Source of the DNA: an uncultured Lachnospiraceae bacterium
GTDB taxonomy: Bacteria; Bacillota; Clostridia; Lachnospirales; Lachnospiraceae
Direction of reading: 5' to 3'
DNA length: 64,000 nucleotides
NCBI GenBank assembly: GCA_947170415.1
Contig: CAMVTN010000001.1
Span: 4,357-68,356 of the forward strand
The notes under the pieces are model-generated. The model was not told the DNA's origin and did no database searches. It saw only the letters and a list, made by a program, of their open reading frames with translations. The position numbers and the translations under genes are program-made. Below are positions 20,505-30,484 of this stretch, piece by piece. Position 1 is the first letter of the stretch, and each line of letters starts with the position of its first letter.

Positions 20505-22148
20505 TCAAGGCTTTCCTTCCGGTTCGGAAGGCATATCTGCATATACCGGGATCAAAAAACTGTATTTTGATGCCGGGCTGATATCTGTACCATAGCCCTT
20601 ATAAACATTTTTCGCTTCATAATGAGGAGCATACAGACTCTCCATATACTGATGAGAAATAGCTGTCCCGCTATAATTAAACCTATGTTTATAAAGCGTA
20701 TTTTGTGGAACCGAACGGTAGAAATAATTATCCGAAAGATATTTAAGACCACCGCTTATAGATTTTCTTCTGGTATCCCACCCTTGTGACTTTGCATATT
20801 TTAACCCATTTAGAACAGGATTTGTGCCATTCGCCTGAATATTAAAAAAATTATAATATCCTTCATAACCCGGATACTTTCCGTTTATGAGATCATCCCC
20901 GCTGCTGCTTCCATGTTCCTGACGAAGCCTTGCTGCGACGAGATACGGATTTACTTTTGAATCATCGGATAATTTTTTGATAAGTGATGCATATGTGGTC
21001 GACGATTCATCCGGAAGCGTACCCTTCATGGATGTGGTGGAAAGAATGACTGATACGCCCTTTTCCGTAGTTCCGGTACTATCTGTTCCATCCACAAACA
21101 TAAAAAACGAAGTATTCAGACTCCCATTTTCTGTCACCATAAAGTTTCTCGGGTCCATATAGTACTTGATCTGAGCCAAAGTAGCTTTTTTCCACGTGAT
21201 ATAGCTTCTTCCCTGCTTTTCATCACTAAAAAGTTCCGACAACGAATCTATCCCAAGACCGGATGCAAAACCATATTGCAGATCATCATATGATGCATCC
21301 TTAATGTGACTGTTCAGCATTGTAGTCTCAGCGTCAAGATCATTATCTGAAGAAGTATCGTCGCTGCTTTCCGCAGCTCCTTCGACCTTACTGAAACCAT
21401 ATTGTGCCTCTGCAGCCTTTTCCCATGTAAGAGCACTTACCGGATTATAGCTTTCAAATTCCCATTCAGGATAAAGATCGTGAATGACTAACAGTCTCGT
21501 TATATAACTTTCAGGAAAACCCCTATCTATAAGTTCATCCCTATAGTCATCCGTACTGAAATAATCCTGACGTACAAAACCTGATGTGACACCGTTTTCT
21601 GCATTGAATGTTACATAATACCAGTAATATCCGCCGCTCTCATCAAACTCCGCTCTTTTGAATGTACAATTTTTTCCATGTGCAAGTTCACAAAGCACAT
21701 CACCAAGCAAAGATGCCTTTGAGCGCACTTTAACATCATCAAAGTTGATCGTCAGGATACGGTCTTCTTTGATATCTTCCGACGCTGTTCCGTTTAGGTC
21801 AATGAAATCAGATCTGACATAACCTGCGACAGAAGGTTTGCGTGCCTCTATATAATACCATACAGAACCATCTGTTCCTTCTGAAGATTTTGTGATTTTT
21901 ACGGAAATCCCCGTGTTCAGAGTCGCTATGACTTCACCATTAACAGGCTTATCTTTTCTGACCTGTATATTGGTGCCTTTTGTGACTCCCTGCTTAATGT
22001 CCTCAGCCCTGATCGGGTATGTAAAAACAAAGACGAAAAGGAGCAGCAGTACTCCTACTGCCGCTGCTCCTTTTTGCCTCCATAGATCACGTATCTTAAC
22101 GCTCGAATCTTTTTTTACCATCATCATTATGAGAAACCATTCCGACAC
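20505..22148 (-). CDS. SH3b-domain peptidoglycan hydrolase (glucosaminidase-like); start uncertain
   Basis: Two SH3b-like repeats (WYYI..GYVRSDF, WYYV..GFVRQDY), YYMDPRNF, YYNFFNI and QNTLY motifs. Confidence 0.82.
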   Translation of the reverse strand: MSEWFLIMMMVKKDSSVKIRDLWRQKGAAAVGVLLLLFVFVFTYPIRAEDIKQGVTKGTNIQVRKDKPVNGEVIATLNTGISVKITKSSEGTDGSVWYYIEARKPSVAGYVRSDFIDLNGTASEDIKEDRILTINFDDVKVRSKASLLGDVLCELAHGKNCTFKRAEFDESGGYYWYYVTFNAENGVTSGFVRQDYFSTDDYRDELIDRGFPESYITRLLVIHDLYPEWEFESYNPVSALTWEKAAEAQYGFSKVEGAAESSDDTSSDNDLDAETTMLNSHIKDASYDDLQYGFASGLGIDSLSELFSDEKQGRSYITWKKATLAQIKYYMDPRNFMVTENGSLNTSFFMFVDGTDSTGTTEKGVSVILSTTSMKGTLPDESSTTYASLIKKLSDDSKVNPYLVAARLRQEHGSSSGDDLINGKYPGYEGYYNFFNIQANGTNPVLNGLKYAKSQGWDTRRKSISGGLKYLSDNYFYRSVPQNTLYKHRFNYSGTAISHQYMESLYAPHYEAKNVYKGYGTDISPASKYSFLIPVYADMPSEPEGKP

Positions 22149-22569
22149 CCTGAATCATCATCTCACGCTTCTTGCGCTCGATCTCATCACGTTTCTTCTT
22201 ATCAGCCGCTTGCGCAAGCTGACCACAGGTCTTGCAGTACTTTCCGCTCATGATAGCCTTACCGCAAACCTGACACTTAAGAAATGTTTTTGAATCTTTT
22301 GAGACCTGTAAACGCTCCTCTCGGAGCATATGTGTAATGGTTTTCTCCGCTACACCGGTATTTTCACTTACTTCACCAGCGGTAGCTCCCTGATGATCTT
22401 CCAGATAATTACGCACTTTTCCGTAATCATCATACATTAAGTGCCTGCACTTAGTACACCGATAACCGCCGACGCCGATAAACTCCAGCTTTGAGCCGCA
22501 TTTTTCACACGCCTCGGGCCGATGATAAGAATCATCAAAAAACTCCTCAACGAATTTCTCCGAACTCAT
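22096..22569 (-). CDS. Zn-ribbon/HTH protein, YvyF-like (flagellar operon-associated family)
   Basis: CxxC pairs flanking KVRNYL..H.GAT..EVSENTGV. Probable start is ATG 22569, inside the end of purD and after AAAGG. Confidence 0.7.
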   Translation of the reverse strand: MSSEKFVEEFFDDSYHRPEACEKCGSKLEFIGVGGYRCTKCRHLMYDDYGKVRNYLEDHQGATAGEVSENTGVAEKTITHMLREERLQVSKDSKTFLKCQVCGKAIMSGKYCKTCGQLAQAADKKKRDEIERKKREMMIQGVGMVSHNDDGKKRFER

Positions 22570-23830
22570 CGATTGCCTTTCCGATATCTTTTCGGCAGTA
22601 CTTATTCTCGAAACTAACCCATGTAGTTGCTTCATAGGCATTTGCACGCGCTTTGTGAAGATTCTCGCCCTTTGCAGTTATTCCGAGAACTCGTCCTCCA
22701 TTTGTCACGATACCTTTAGAAGTTTTTTTAGTTCCAGCATGGAAGCAGTAATATCCATCTTCTTCAATAAACTTTTCTAATCCGCTGATAAGATGTCCCT
22801 TAGTATATCTCACAGGATAGCCGTCACTTGCAAGAACTACGCAAACTGCAGCATTGTCTTCAAACTCCAGCTTGATCTTACTAAGACTTCCATCAACACA
22901 TGCTTCCATCACTTCAATAATATCATTTTTCATGCGAGGAAGCACTACCTGTGCTTCAGGATCTCCAAAACGTGCATTATACTCAAGAACCTTCGGTCCA
23001 TCTTCAGTAAGCATGAGACCAAAGAAGATAACTCCCTTGAATTCACGACCTTCTGCCTTCATTGCATCAACAGTAGGCTGGAAAATATTTTTCTTACAGA
23101 AGTCATTTATCTTTTTTGTGTAGAAAGGTGAAGGTGAAAACGTACCCATACCGCCTGTATTGAGTCCGGTATCTCCGTCTCCTGCTCTCTTATGATCCTG
23201 AGCACTGCTCATAACCTTGATAGTCTTTCCGTCGCAGAAAGTAAGAACAGAAACTTCTCGTCCGGTCATGAATTCCTCAATGACCATCTTGTTTCCTGCT
23301 GTTCCGAATTTCTTATCAAGCATGATCTCCTTTACGCCGTTTCTAGCCTCATCTCTGTCCTGACAAATGAGAACTCCTTTTCCGAGCGCAAGTCCGTCAG
23401 CCTTTAATACGATCGGGAACTTACATGTATCAAGATAAGCAAGAGCTTCTGCCGCATCTGTAAACACCGCATACTCTGCTGTAGGGATATTGTACTTCTT
23501 CATGAGATCCTTTGAAAAAGCCTTTGATCCCTCAAGAATAGCAGCATTTTTTCTGGGACCGAATGCACGGATACCTGCTGCCTCCAGTTCATCTACCAGT
23601 CCTCCGACAAGCGGATCATCCGGACCAACTATAACAAAGTCGATTTCCTTTTCTTTTGCGTATTTTACAATGCGTTCAAATTCCATTACCGGAATATCAG
23701 CACATTCTGCTATCTCCGCAATTCCTGCATTTCCGGGGCAGCAGTAGATCTTGTCTGCCTTTTCACTTCTCTTTACTGCATCTGCGATCGCATGCTCTCT
23801 TCCGCCTCCGCCGACGATCAGTATATTCAT
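22547..23830 (-). CDS. purD: Phosphoribosylamine-glycine ligase
   Basis: GGGGREHA, KADGLALGKGV, NTGGMG and RFGDPE motifs. Confidence 0.98.
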   Translation of the reverse strand: MNILIVGGGGREHAIADAVKRSEKADKIYCCPGNAGIAEIAECADIPVMEFERIVKYAKEKEIDFVIVGPDDPLVGGLVDELEAAGIRAFGPRKNAAILEGSKAFSKDLMKKYNIPTAEYAVFTDAAEALAYLDTCKFPIVLKADGLALGKGVLICQDRDEARNGVKEIMLDKKFGTAGNKMVIEEFMTGREVSVLTFCDGKTIKVMSSAQDHKRAGDGDTGLNTGGMGTFSPSPFYTKKINDFCKKNIFQPTVDAMKAEGREFKGVIFFGLMLTEDGPKVLEYNARFGDPEAQVVLPRMKNDIIEVMEACVDGSLSKIKLEFEDNAAVCVVLASDGYPVRYTKGHLISGLEKFIEEDGYYCFHAGTKKTSKGIVTNGGRVLGITAKGENLHKARANAYEATTWVSFENKYCRKDIGKAIDEFGEIR

Positions 23831-23831
23831 T

Positions 23832-24458
23832 TTAGTCCTCCACTTTGACTTTTCTGCCTTCTACTGTTACCTTTCCGTTTGCGATCAGATCGATCGCTTT
23901 CGGCATGATGATCCATTCTGCCTGCTCCATGACTCTGAGCTGCAACGATTCCGGAGTGTCATCAGGCTGAACCTCAACTGCCTTTTGCATTATGATCGGG
24001 CCGCTGTCACAGCCCGCATCTACGAAATGAACAGTCGCTCCTGTGACCTTCACACCTCTTTTCAGAGCTTCCTCATGAACCTTCAGTCCATAGAACCCTA
24101 CTCCACAGAAAGAAGGAATGAGAGACGGGTGAACATTTATTATCTTGTTAGTATATTTTTCGGTAAGTTCTTCCGGAAGCACCACCAAAAATCCTGCAAG
24201 AACTATAAGATCAGGTTTTGCTTCATCAACTGCATTGATAAGTGCCTTGTTAAAAGCAGCTGTATCAGAAAAATCCTTTTTGCTTACGACTACCGAAGGA
24301 ATTCCTGCGCTTTCTGCCCGATCAAGAGCTTTAACACCGGGTTTATTACTTATTACCCGTACGATCTCGGCATTTGTTATACGTCCGTCAGCTACAGAAT
24401 CAATGATAGCCTGGAGATTCGTTCCTCCGCCTGATACGCAGACTGCTATTCTCAGCAT
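23832..24458 (-). CDS. purN: Phosphoribosylglycinamide formyltransferase
   Basis: [16 protein letters not shown] and GATVHFV motifs. Confidence 0.98.
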   Translation of the reverse strand: MLRIAVCVSGGGTNLQAIIDSVADGRITNAEIVRVISNKPGVKALDRAESAGIPSVVVSKKDFSDTAAFNKALINAVDEAKPDLIVLAGFLVVLPEELTEKYTNKIINVHPSLIPSFCGVGFYGLKVHEEALKRGVKVTGATVHFVDAGCDSGPIIMQKAVEVQPDDTPESLQLRVMEQAEWIIMPKAIDLIANGKVTVEGRKVKVED

Positions 24459-25480
24459 AAACGAACTCCTTTTTCTCCGGCGCTTTCTGTCTTTCCTACG
24501 ATAAATGCCTTTTCTCCGGCACTTTCAACTGCTGCGATAGTCTTTTCTGCATCAGCAGGATCTACAGCAAGTACCATTCCAAGTCCCATATTGTAGGTGT
24601 TGTACATCATTTCATCGGCAATTCCACCATCTTTCTGAAGCATTTCAAAGATAGGCGGGATCGGATAAGAATCCTTTTTAACTGCAGCTACGATGCCATT
24701 CGGAAGCATTCTCGGGATATTCTCATAGAATCCGCCTCCTGTGATATGGCTGCAGCCCTTTATATTTACACCTGCTTCACGAACTGAGCGAAGCGCATGT
24801 ACATAAATCTTTGTAGGTCTTAAAAGTGCATCTCCAAGAGTTGTTCCAAGAGAATCAAAATGACGGTTCAGGTTGGCTTCTGTCATCTCAAACACTTTAC
24901 GCACAAGTGAAAATCCATTAGAGTGAACACCGCTTGATGAAATACCTATAAGTGTATCTCCTTCTTTTATAGATGATCCATCAATGAGATTATCCTGATC
25001 TACGATACCTACAGCAAATCCGGCAAGGTCATACTCGTTTTCCGGATAAAAGCCCGGCATTTCCGCTGTTTCTCCACCGATCAGTGCTGCATCACTCTGC
25101 TTACAACCTTCTGCCACACCCTTTACGATCTCAGCGATCTTTTCCGGATAATTCTTTCCGCAGGCAATATAATCCAGGAAGAAAAGCGGTTCACCGCCTG
25201 CGCATGCGATATCATTTACACACATTGCAACGCAGTCGATACCAACTGTATCATGCTTATCCATGACAAACGCTACCTTGAGCTTAGTTCCGACACCATC
25301 TGTTCCGGAAACAAGCGTTGGGTTCTTCATAGCCATGAAGGGCTTAAGTGAAAAAGCTCCGGAAAATCCGCCAAGTCCGCCAAGAACCTCGGGACGTACT
25401 GTTTCCTTTACATACTTCTTTATGAGCTCGACTGACTTGTATCCGGCTTCAATATCAACACCAGCGCTTTTGTAATCCAT
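24452..25480 (-). CDS. purM: Phosphoribosylaminoimidazole synthetase
   Basis: [22 protein letters not shown] and HITGGG motifs. Confidence 0.98.
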   Translation of the reverse strand: MDYKSAGVDIEAGYKSVELIKKYVKETVRPEVLGGLGGFSGAFSLKPFMAMKNPTLVSGTDGVGTKLKVAFVMDKHDTVGIDCVAMCVNDIACAGGEPLFFLDYIACGKNYPEKIAEIVKGVAEGCKQSDAALIGGETAEMPGFYPENEYDLAGFAVGIVDQDNLIDGSSIKEGDTLIGISSSGVHSNGFSLVRKVFEMTEANLNRHFDSLGTTLGDALLRPTKIYVHALRSVREAGVNIKGCSHITGGGFYENIPRMLPNGIVAAVKKDSYPIPPIFEMLQKDGGIADEMMYNTYNMGLGMVLAVDPADAEKTIAAVESAGEKAFIVGKTESAGEKGVRLC

Positions 25481-25531
25481 TATGATTTCCTTTCATTTCA
25501 CATTAACAGGGTTAAAGCTTATAAATGCCTA

Positions 25532-26050
25532 TTAGTTATTCTTTTCTTCGAGATAAGCCTTCCAGCCGATATTCTTCAGCTTTTCATCCTTTTTCTCAAC
25601 TTCGTTTTTAAGATTTTCTGTGTAGCTCTTTAACTTGGAAAGAAGCTCATCGTCTGAAACTGCTAGGATCTTCGCTGCAAGAAGGGCAGCATTTTTTGCA
25701 CCATCGATAGCGACGGTAGCGACAGGAATGCCCGAGGGCATCTGAAGAATAGAATAGAGTGCGTCAGTACCACCAAGTGATTTGCTGTACATAGGGATAC
25801 CGATAACAGGAAGCGGAAACAGTGCTGCGCACATGCCCGGCAGATGAGCTGCCATTCCGGCGCCGGCGATGATCACCTTAATCCCGCGTGCTTCGGCGTT
25901 TTTCGCCCATTCAAAGAAAACATCCGGTTCTCTGTGTGCAGAGATAATATTCATCTCATACGTAACTCCGAGTTCATCAAGAACAGAGGCTGCCTTAGAC
26001 ATAACAGCCATATCGGAATCGGAACCCATTACAATACCTACTTTTGCCAT
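25532..26050 (-). CDS. purE: N5-CAIR mutase / AIR carboxylase
   Basis: MGSDSD, SAHR, AAHLPG and QMPSGIPVATV motifs. Start moved to ATG 26050. Confidence 0.97.
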   Translation of the reverse strand: MAKVGIVMGSDSDMAVMSKAASVLDELGVTYEMNIISAHREPDVFFEWAKNAEARGIKVIIAGAGMAAHLPGMCAALFPLPVIGIPMYSKSLGGTDALYSILQMPSGIPVATVAIDGAKNAALLAAKILAVSDDELLSKLKSYTENLKNEVEKKDEKLKNIGWKAYLEEKNN

Positions 26051-26115
26051 TTCCTGAACCTTCCTTATTCTGTTTCGTGGTTTACTGCGGCGCAGTTTTA
26101 ACGCCGCAATACACA

Positions 26116-26144
26116 TTATAGGTTTACTGATATTTCAAGTCAAT
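26116..26144 (-). promoter_or_regulatory. Sigma-A promoter of purE-purM-purN-purD
   Basis: TTGACT-17 nt-TATAAT on the minus strand just after the aminopeptidase stop (coordinates approximate). Confidence 0.7.
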
Positions 26145-26148
26145 GTGA

Positions 26149-28158
26149 TTATTTTTCCAAAGGCTGATTCAGTTCTTCCGTACCGGGAACGACGAACTTT
26201 CCGCCCAAGATCACAGGATATCTGTTTCCGTCTGCATCTATGGCAGTTATGGTATCCAGTTCATCATAAGGAATGGTAATATCCGTATGACATTGGAAAT
26301 AACGGAACGAGGGATCTGTTTTTCGCTTGATCGTATACTCATTGTCTCTGGCAATGATCTCACGTCCGTCCGGATTATAGACCTTTACATCTTCCGCACG
26401 CTCATAGCAGGTGTCTCCGAGGGCAAAGTGCGGTCCGGTCTTTTCCGCGATCAGGATATCAAGTCTCGAAAAAATGTCAAAATCTTTTGCCATCCGGTAC
26501 GCGGTCGTATTTGTACCGATCGCAAATTCTCCGAGAGGAAGCGTATCGTGATGATGAAGGATATGGTCACGGATATACTTTTTATTCTCTTCCTCTGTAG
26601 GGAAATTCGTACAGTTATAGTCTGTTACGAAACCATCCTTGAAATGGAACTCAAGATTTTCGAATCTAAGTCCCATGAGATATACTTCGGATACGAACAG
26701 TATTCCATCTGTTCCTGTAAGCGCCGGAGATGTAAACGCCTCACCAACCGGGATATTCACATCCGCCGTACAGTTTTCAAACACGGTCTGATGCTCCGGA
26801 TCCGGAAGTTCATGCAGCGATACGGTAATATCTGTCTTATTGCCGTTTCGTCCCTTAACTTCTACTTTTCTGCCCTTTTCAAGCTGAAGGATAAGTTCCT
26901 GCTGTATCCTCTTATATTTATCAGAGTCAAGCGTATTGAGCTTAACCGTAGCATCAAATACAGCTTCAAATTCAGGGCTTATAGACGGAACAGGATATGA
27001 AATGATAGTAAATGATCTTTCATCTCCCGGAATATAACGACTCGTAAGCTTTCCTGCTTCTACCGCAAGGTCAACCGCAAGTTTCTGCTGCTCAGGACTC
27101 AACGCAAATGCTTCAATATGTGACTCCGGCATAAAAGGATTGCTTCCGAATGTCTCCATAACAGCTGGTCCGCCATACTCACGTGCAAGGTCCTTAACTT
27201 CCTCAAAGGTATGCTCCATAACTTCAAGCTTTCGTGTCATGTATGCCTTGTCAAGGAAAAGCGCGTTGTCTTCCATATGGTCAAATGCCATCTGCTTATT
27301 TACCCACGCTCCCGCATATCCGTTTCTGTTCATACCGGAACGATTTGCAGCGTGAAGCGGACGACGATATATAGTGTACGAAAGACCGAGTTTTTCAAAA
27401 TTGCGGATCGCGGCACGGATCATTCTTTCAAATCCGAGTTCATATCTTACTGCCACAGAGCGTTTTTTAGACAGATCCTTTCCTGTGTTCACGAATCCCA
27501 TGCGATAGCCTTCTGTAAAGGTATCTGCCATAGACTGGATCTTTTCCTCAGAAAAGGTATTTAAATACGCCGCGATCTTTCTCGTATCATCATCAATATA
27601 TTCACCAAATCTGTCCAGATATGACAGATCAGTAAGATCCGCTTCCATGATGATTTTTCTCGCAAATTCGTCTTCTGCAGGATCTACGATCTCGCGGATC
27701 CTTCTGCTTACCGTATAATCTGTGTAATCGCTTACAAATGAATATAAAATACCATGTATGACTTTTGCCTGAGGTTCAGTTCCTTCCTCCTGCATGGCTG
27801 CTACAAACGAACTATAGATCTCGAGGAATACTTCCTCAAGGATAACTATATCCGTAAGAAGTCCCTCTGCATGAAATGCAACAAGATTTAAAAGTTCATA
27901 TGCCAAAAATGAGAGAAGCCGTCCCATTTCCGTTCCACAGCGTGATACAGAGTACACGGGATTCATCCACGATGAGCCATAGTTTTCCGGAAGCGCTGCT
28001 TCATAAGACGGCTGAAGGATAAACTCAGCTGTTCTCTTAAAAAATTCATCATAAGGAGCCTTTACAAGGTCTTCGGATATTATTTCCCGGATCCTGCCTT
28101 CCGCAAGTTCCTGTCTTTCTCTTAAAAGTTCTGCCTCAGATTCCGGCAATGCCCGCAT
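26149..28158 (-). CDS. Aminopeptidase (M29/AmpS-like C-terminal domain with long N-terminal extension)
   Basis: NIPVGEAFTSP, LGEFAIGTN, EKTGPHFALGD and HTDIT motifs. Confidence 0.85.
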   Translation of the reverse strand: MRALPESEAELLRERQELAEGRIREIISEDLVKAPYDEFFKRTAEFILQPSYEAALPENYGSSWMNPVYSVSRCGTEMGRLLSFLAYELLNLVAFHAEGLLTDIVILEEVFLEIYSSFVAAMQEEGTEPQAKVIHGILYSFVSDYTDYTVSRRIREIVDPAEDEFARKIIMEADLTDLSYLDRFGEYIDDDTRKIAAYLNTFSEEKIQSMADTFTEGYRMGFVNTGKDLSKKRSVAVRYELGFERMIRAAIRNFEKLGLSYTIYRRPLHAANRSGMNRNGYAGAWVNKQMAFDHMEDNALFLDKAYMTRKLEVMEHTFEEVKDLAREYGGPAVMETFGSNPFMPESHIEAFALSPEQQKLAVDLAVEAGKLTSRYIPGDERSFTIISYPVPSISPEFEAVFDATVKLNTLDSDKYKRIQQELILQLEKGRKVEVKGRNGNKTDITVSLHELPDPEHQTVFENCTADVNIPVGEAFTSPALTGTDGILFVSEVYLMGLRFENLEFHFKDGFVTDYNCTNFPTEEENKKYIRDHILHHHDTLPLGEFAIGTNTTAYRMAKDFDIFSRLDILIAEKTGPHFALGDTCYERAEDVKVYNPDGREIIARDNEYTIKRKTDPSFRYFQCHTDITIPYDELDTITAIDADGNRYPVILGGKFVVPGTEELNQPLEK

Positions 28159-28459
28159 ATATTATTCCTCCCCAGGCGATCAGTGATAATAAAGAGGTGA
28201 TGAATCCAAGTCGAGGAAACAAACGGAATTTATCCGGCTCAATAAGACTCATTACCCCCAGCACTGTGCCTGCCACGCTGAAAAGGCAGGAAACGAAGCC
28301 CACTGCCCCCTGTCTCGGGGTAGCGCTTCCGCCTGCCTTAAGTACATTCATCATTACAAATATAAATGCCACAAGCGATATCACGCCGCAAACAGAGGAC
28401 ATTATGCCCTTTGAAGACTGGCTGCTGCTTGTGAACAGATATTTTCTTCTACCTAACAT
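28136..28459 (-). CDS. Small 3-TM membrane protein (DUF6142-like)
   Basis: KYLFT..S.KGIMS start followed by three hydrophobic segments. Confidence 0.7.
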   Translation of the reverse strand: MLGRRKYLFTSSSQSSKGIMSSVCGVISLVAFIFVMMNVLKAGGSATPRQGAVGFVSCLFSVAGTVLGVMSLIEPDKFRLFPRLGFITSLLSLIAWGGIIYAGIAGI

Positions 28460-28469
28460 ATCTAATTCC

Positions 28470-28631
28470 TTAGAACATGATCCTTGACTTGGCCTTCATC
28501 AGTCTTCCTGCCGAGATAAGGAGCATTACGCCGCTTACAAGTCCTACTGTCACAGCGATAATACCAAGTACAATGCTTACTACTGCCGAAAAACGCACAC
28601 TCTTATATACCAGTTCGTTTTCGTTACTCAT
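28470..28631 (-). CDS. 53-aa membrane protein (not in ORF track)
   Basis: MSNENELVYKSVRFSAVVSIVLGIIAVTVGLVSGVMLLISAGRLMKAKSRIMF, with an AAGGAAG SD. Fills the gap between pyrE and the next gene. Confidence 0.75.
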   Translation of the reverse strand: MSNENELVYKSVRFSAVVSIVLGIIAVTVGLVSGVMLLISAGRLMKAKSRIMF

Positions 28632-28652
28632 ATCATACTTCCTTTCACTTTA

Positions 28653-29330
28653 TCAATTTTCTGCGCCGTACTTCTCATAATATGCGTCGATGGCAGCCTT
28701 GAGGTTCTCATCGATGATCTTCTTTCCGCCAACTTCATTTTCTGTGAGATAGCCGATCACATCTTCCATTGTTACGATAGCAGTTGTAGTGAAGCCGTGC
28801 TCCTCTTCGATTTCCTTAAGTGCAGATTTTGCACCTGTTCCGCGTTCCTGACGATCTACAGATACACACATACCCAGAACCTTTACATCGCCCTGCGCCT
28901 GAATGATAGGCAGAGTCTCGCGGATAGAAGTTCCTGCAGTGGTAACATCCTCGATTATTACTACGCGATCACCATCTCCAAGCGGTCCACCGAGCAGGAT
29001 CCCCTTATCTCCATGATCTTTAACTTCTTTACGATTGCTGCAATAGCGAATTTCTTTTCCATACATTTCACTGAATGCGATAGTTGTCGCTACAGAAAGC
29101 GGTATTCCCTTATACGCAGGTCCAAAGAGGACATCAAAGTCATCTCCGAAGCGATCATGAATAGCACGGGCATAATATTCACCCAGTTTCTTTAACTGTG
29201 TACCTGTCCTGTAAAATCCGGTATTTACAAAAAACGGTGTGTTACGGCCGCTCTTGGTAACGAAATCTCCGAACTTCAGTACCTGACAGTCCAGCATGAA
29301 CTCAATAAACTCCTGCTTGTATTTTTCCAT
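28653..29330 (-). CDS. pyrE: Orotate phosphoribosyltransferase
   Basis: KSGR, FGPAYKGIP, NRKEVKDHG and VIIEDVTTAGTS motifs. Confidence 0.98.
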   Translation of the reverse strand: MEKYKQEFIEFMLDCQVLKFGDFVTKSGRNTPFFVNTGFYRTGTQLKKLGEYYARAIHDRFGDDFDVLFGPAYKGIPLSVATTIAFSEMYGKEIRYCSNRKEVKDHGDKGILLGGPLGDGDRVVIIEDVTTAGTSIRETLPIIQAQGDVKVLGMCVSVDRQERGTGAKSALKEIEEEHGFTTTAIVTMEDVIGYLTENEVGGKKIIDENLKAAIDAYYEKYGAEN

Positions 29331-29424
29331 GGATCATCTGCTCCGGAAGTATTGTGACGCCTCCGGATCCTTTCTTAATTTATTTTGGAAACATTTTAGC
29401 ACAAAAATATGAAGTTTAACAAGA

Positions 29425-29452
29425 AAACGCCTCTCCACAGGGGAGAGACGTT
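29425..29452 (-). terminator. Terminator after pyrF
   Basis: AACGTCTCTCC...GGAGAGGCGTT stem followed by a T-tract on the minus strand. Confidence 0.7.
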
Positions 29453-29464
29453 AAAGAATCGATA

Positions 29465-30400
29465 TTACTGCGGAACGCCGGCGCCGTTTGAGCGAAGGTC
29501 TTCGATCATATCAATGACTGCCTGACGGCTGGCATCAGCAAAGTGTGCCGCATCAAATTTATCTTTATATGCATCTTTTGTATATGCAGCGATCACACCT
29601 CTTGAATTGTTTACGATCGCGCCGAGTCCATCTGGATTAAAGAAATGAACAAGATCTTCTGCCTTTCCGCCCTGTGCACCATATCCCGGCACAAGGATGA
29701 AAGCCTTCGGCATGAGCTTTCTAAGTGCAGCACCCATTTCCGGATAAGTAGCACCTACAACACATCCGACATTGCTGTATTCACCATCCATTGAGGATGC
29801 ACCCCACTCATTGACCTTTTCAGCAACCCATTCATAAAGAGGTCTGCCATCGATCTCACGATCCTGGAATTCTCCGCTGGATGCATTAGAAGTCTTTACG
29901 AGTACAAAGATTCCTCTGTCTTCTTCGGAGCATACATCAGCAAAAGGCTTTACTCCATCAGATCCGAGGTACGGATTTACAGTACAAAAATCTTCATCAA
30001 AAGGTGCATAGCTCTTTGAACCGATCTTAATATGTCCTATATGAGCTTTTGCGTAAGAAGCTGATGTATTTCCGATATCGCCTCTCTTTATATCGCCAAT
30101 GACCAGTAAGCCTTTTTCGTGACAATAGTCAACAGTCTTTTTGAAAGCCATGAGACCCGGGATGCCGAACTGCTCATACATGGCGATCTGAGGCTTAACT
30201 GCCGGGATCAGATCATAAGTCGCATCAACTATCGCACGATTGAACTGCCAGATTGCCTCTGCGGCACCTTCCGGAGTCTCTCCAAATTCTTCAAAGGCTT
30301 TTTTCTGGATTTCTTCCGGAACAAAGCTAAGGTTCGGATCGAGTCCCACACAGATATGTGCGCCGGTCTTTCTGATTCTCTCAATAAGCTTACTGATCAT
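29465..30400 (-). CDS. pyrF: Orotidine-5'-phosphate decarboxylase (subfamily 2)
   Basis: CVGLDP, DIKRGDIGNT and LVPGYGAQGG motifs. Confidence 0.97.
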   Translation of the reverse strand: MISKLIERIRKTGAHICVGLDPNLSFVPEEIQKKAFEEFGETPEGAAEAIWQFNRAIVDATYDLIPAVKPQIAMYEQFGIPGLMAFKKTVDYCHEKGLLVIGDIKRGDIGNTSASYAKAHIGHIKIGSKSYAPFDEDFCTVNPYLGSDGVKPFADVCSEEDRGIFVLVKTSNASSGEFQDREIDGRPLYEWVAEKVNEWGASSMDGEYSNVGCVVGATYPEMGAALRKLMPKAFILVPGYGAQGGKAEDLVHFFNPDGLGAIVNNSRGVIAAYTKDAYKDKFDAAHFADASRQAVIDMIEDLRSNGAGVPQ

Positions 30401-30484
30401 TATGAATTTACTCTCTTTCCGCTGCCATTTTTACATATATGACACGAATTACTTCGTTTCTGACCCTGTCATATATGTACATGA

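Noticed and set aside
26051-26115. Purine or ZMP riboswitch before purE
   Set aside because: Only one simple hairpin (TGCGGCG/CGCCGCA) is present, and the conserved aptamer motifs are not.
23751-27000. Long plus-strand ORFs (227 aa at 23751-24434, 237 aa at 26287-27000) and similar short ORFs throughout the track
   Set aside because: They are antisense shadows of well-supported genes and have no recognisable motifs.
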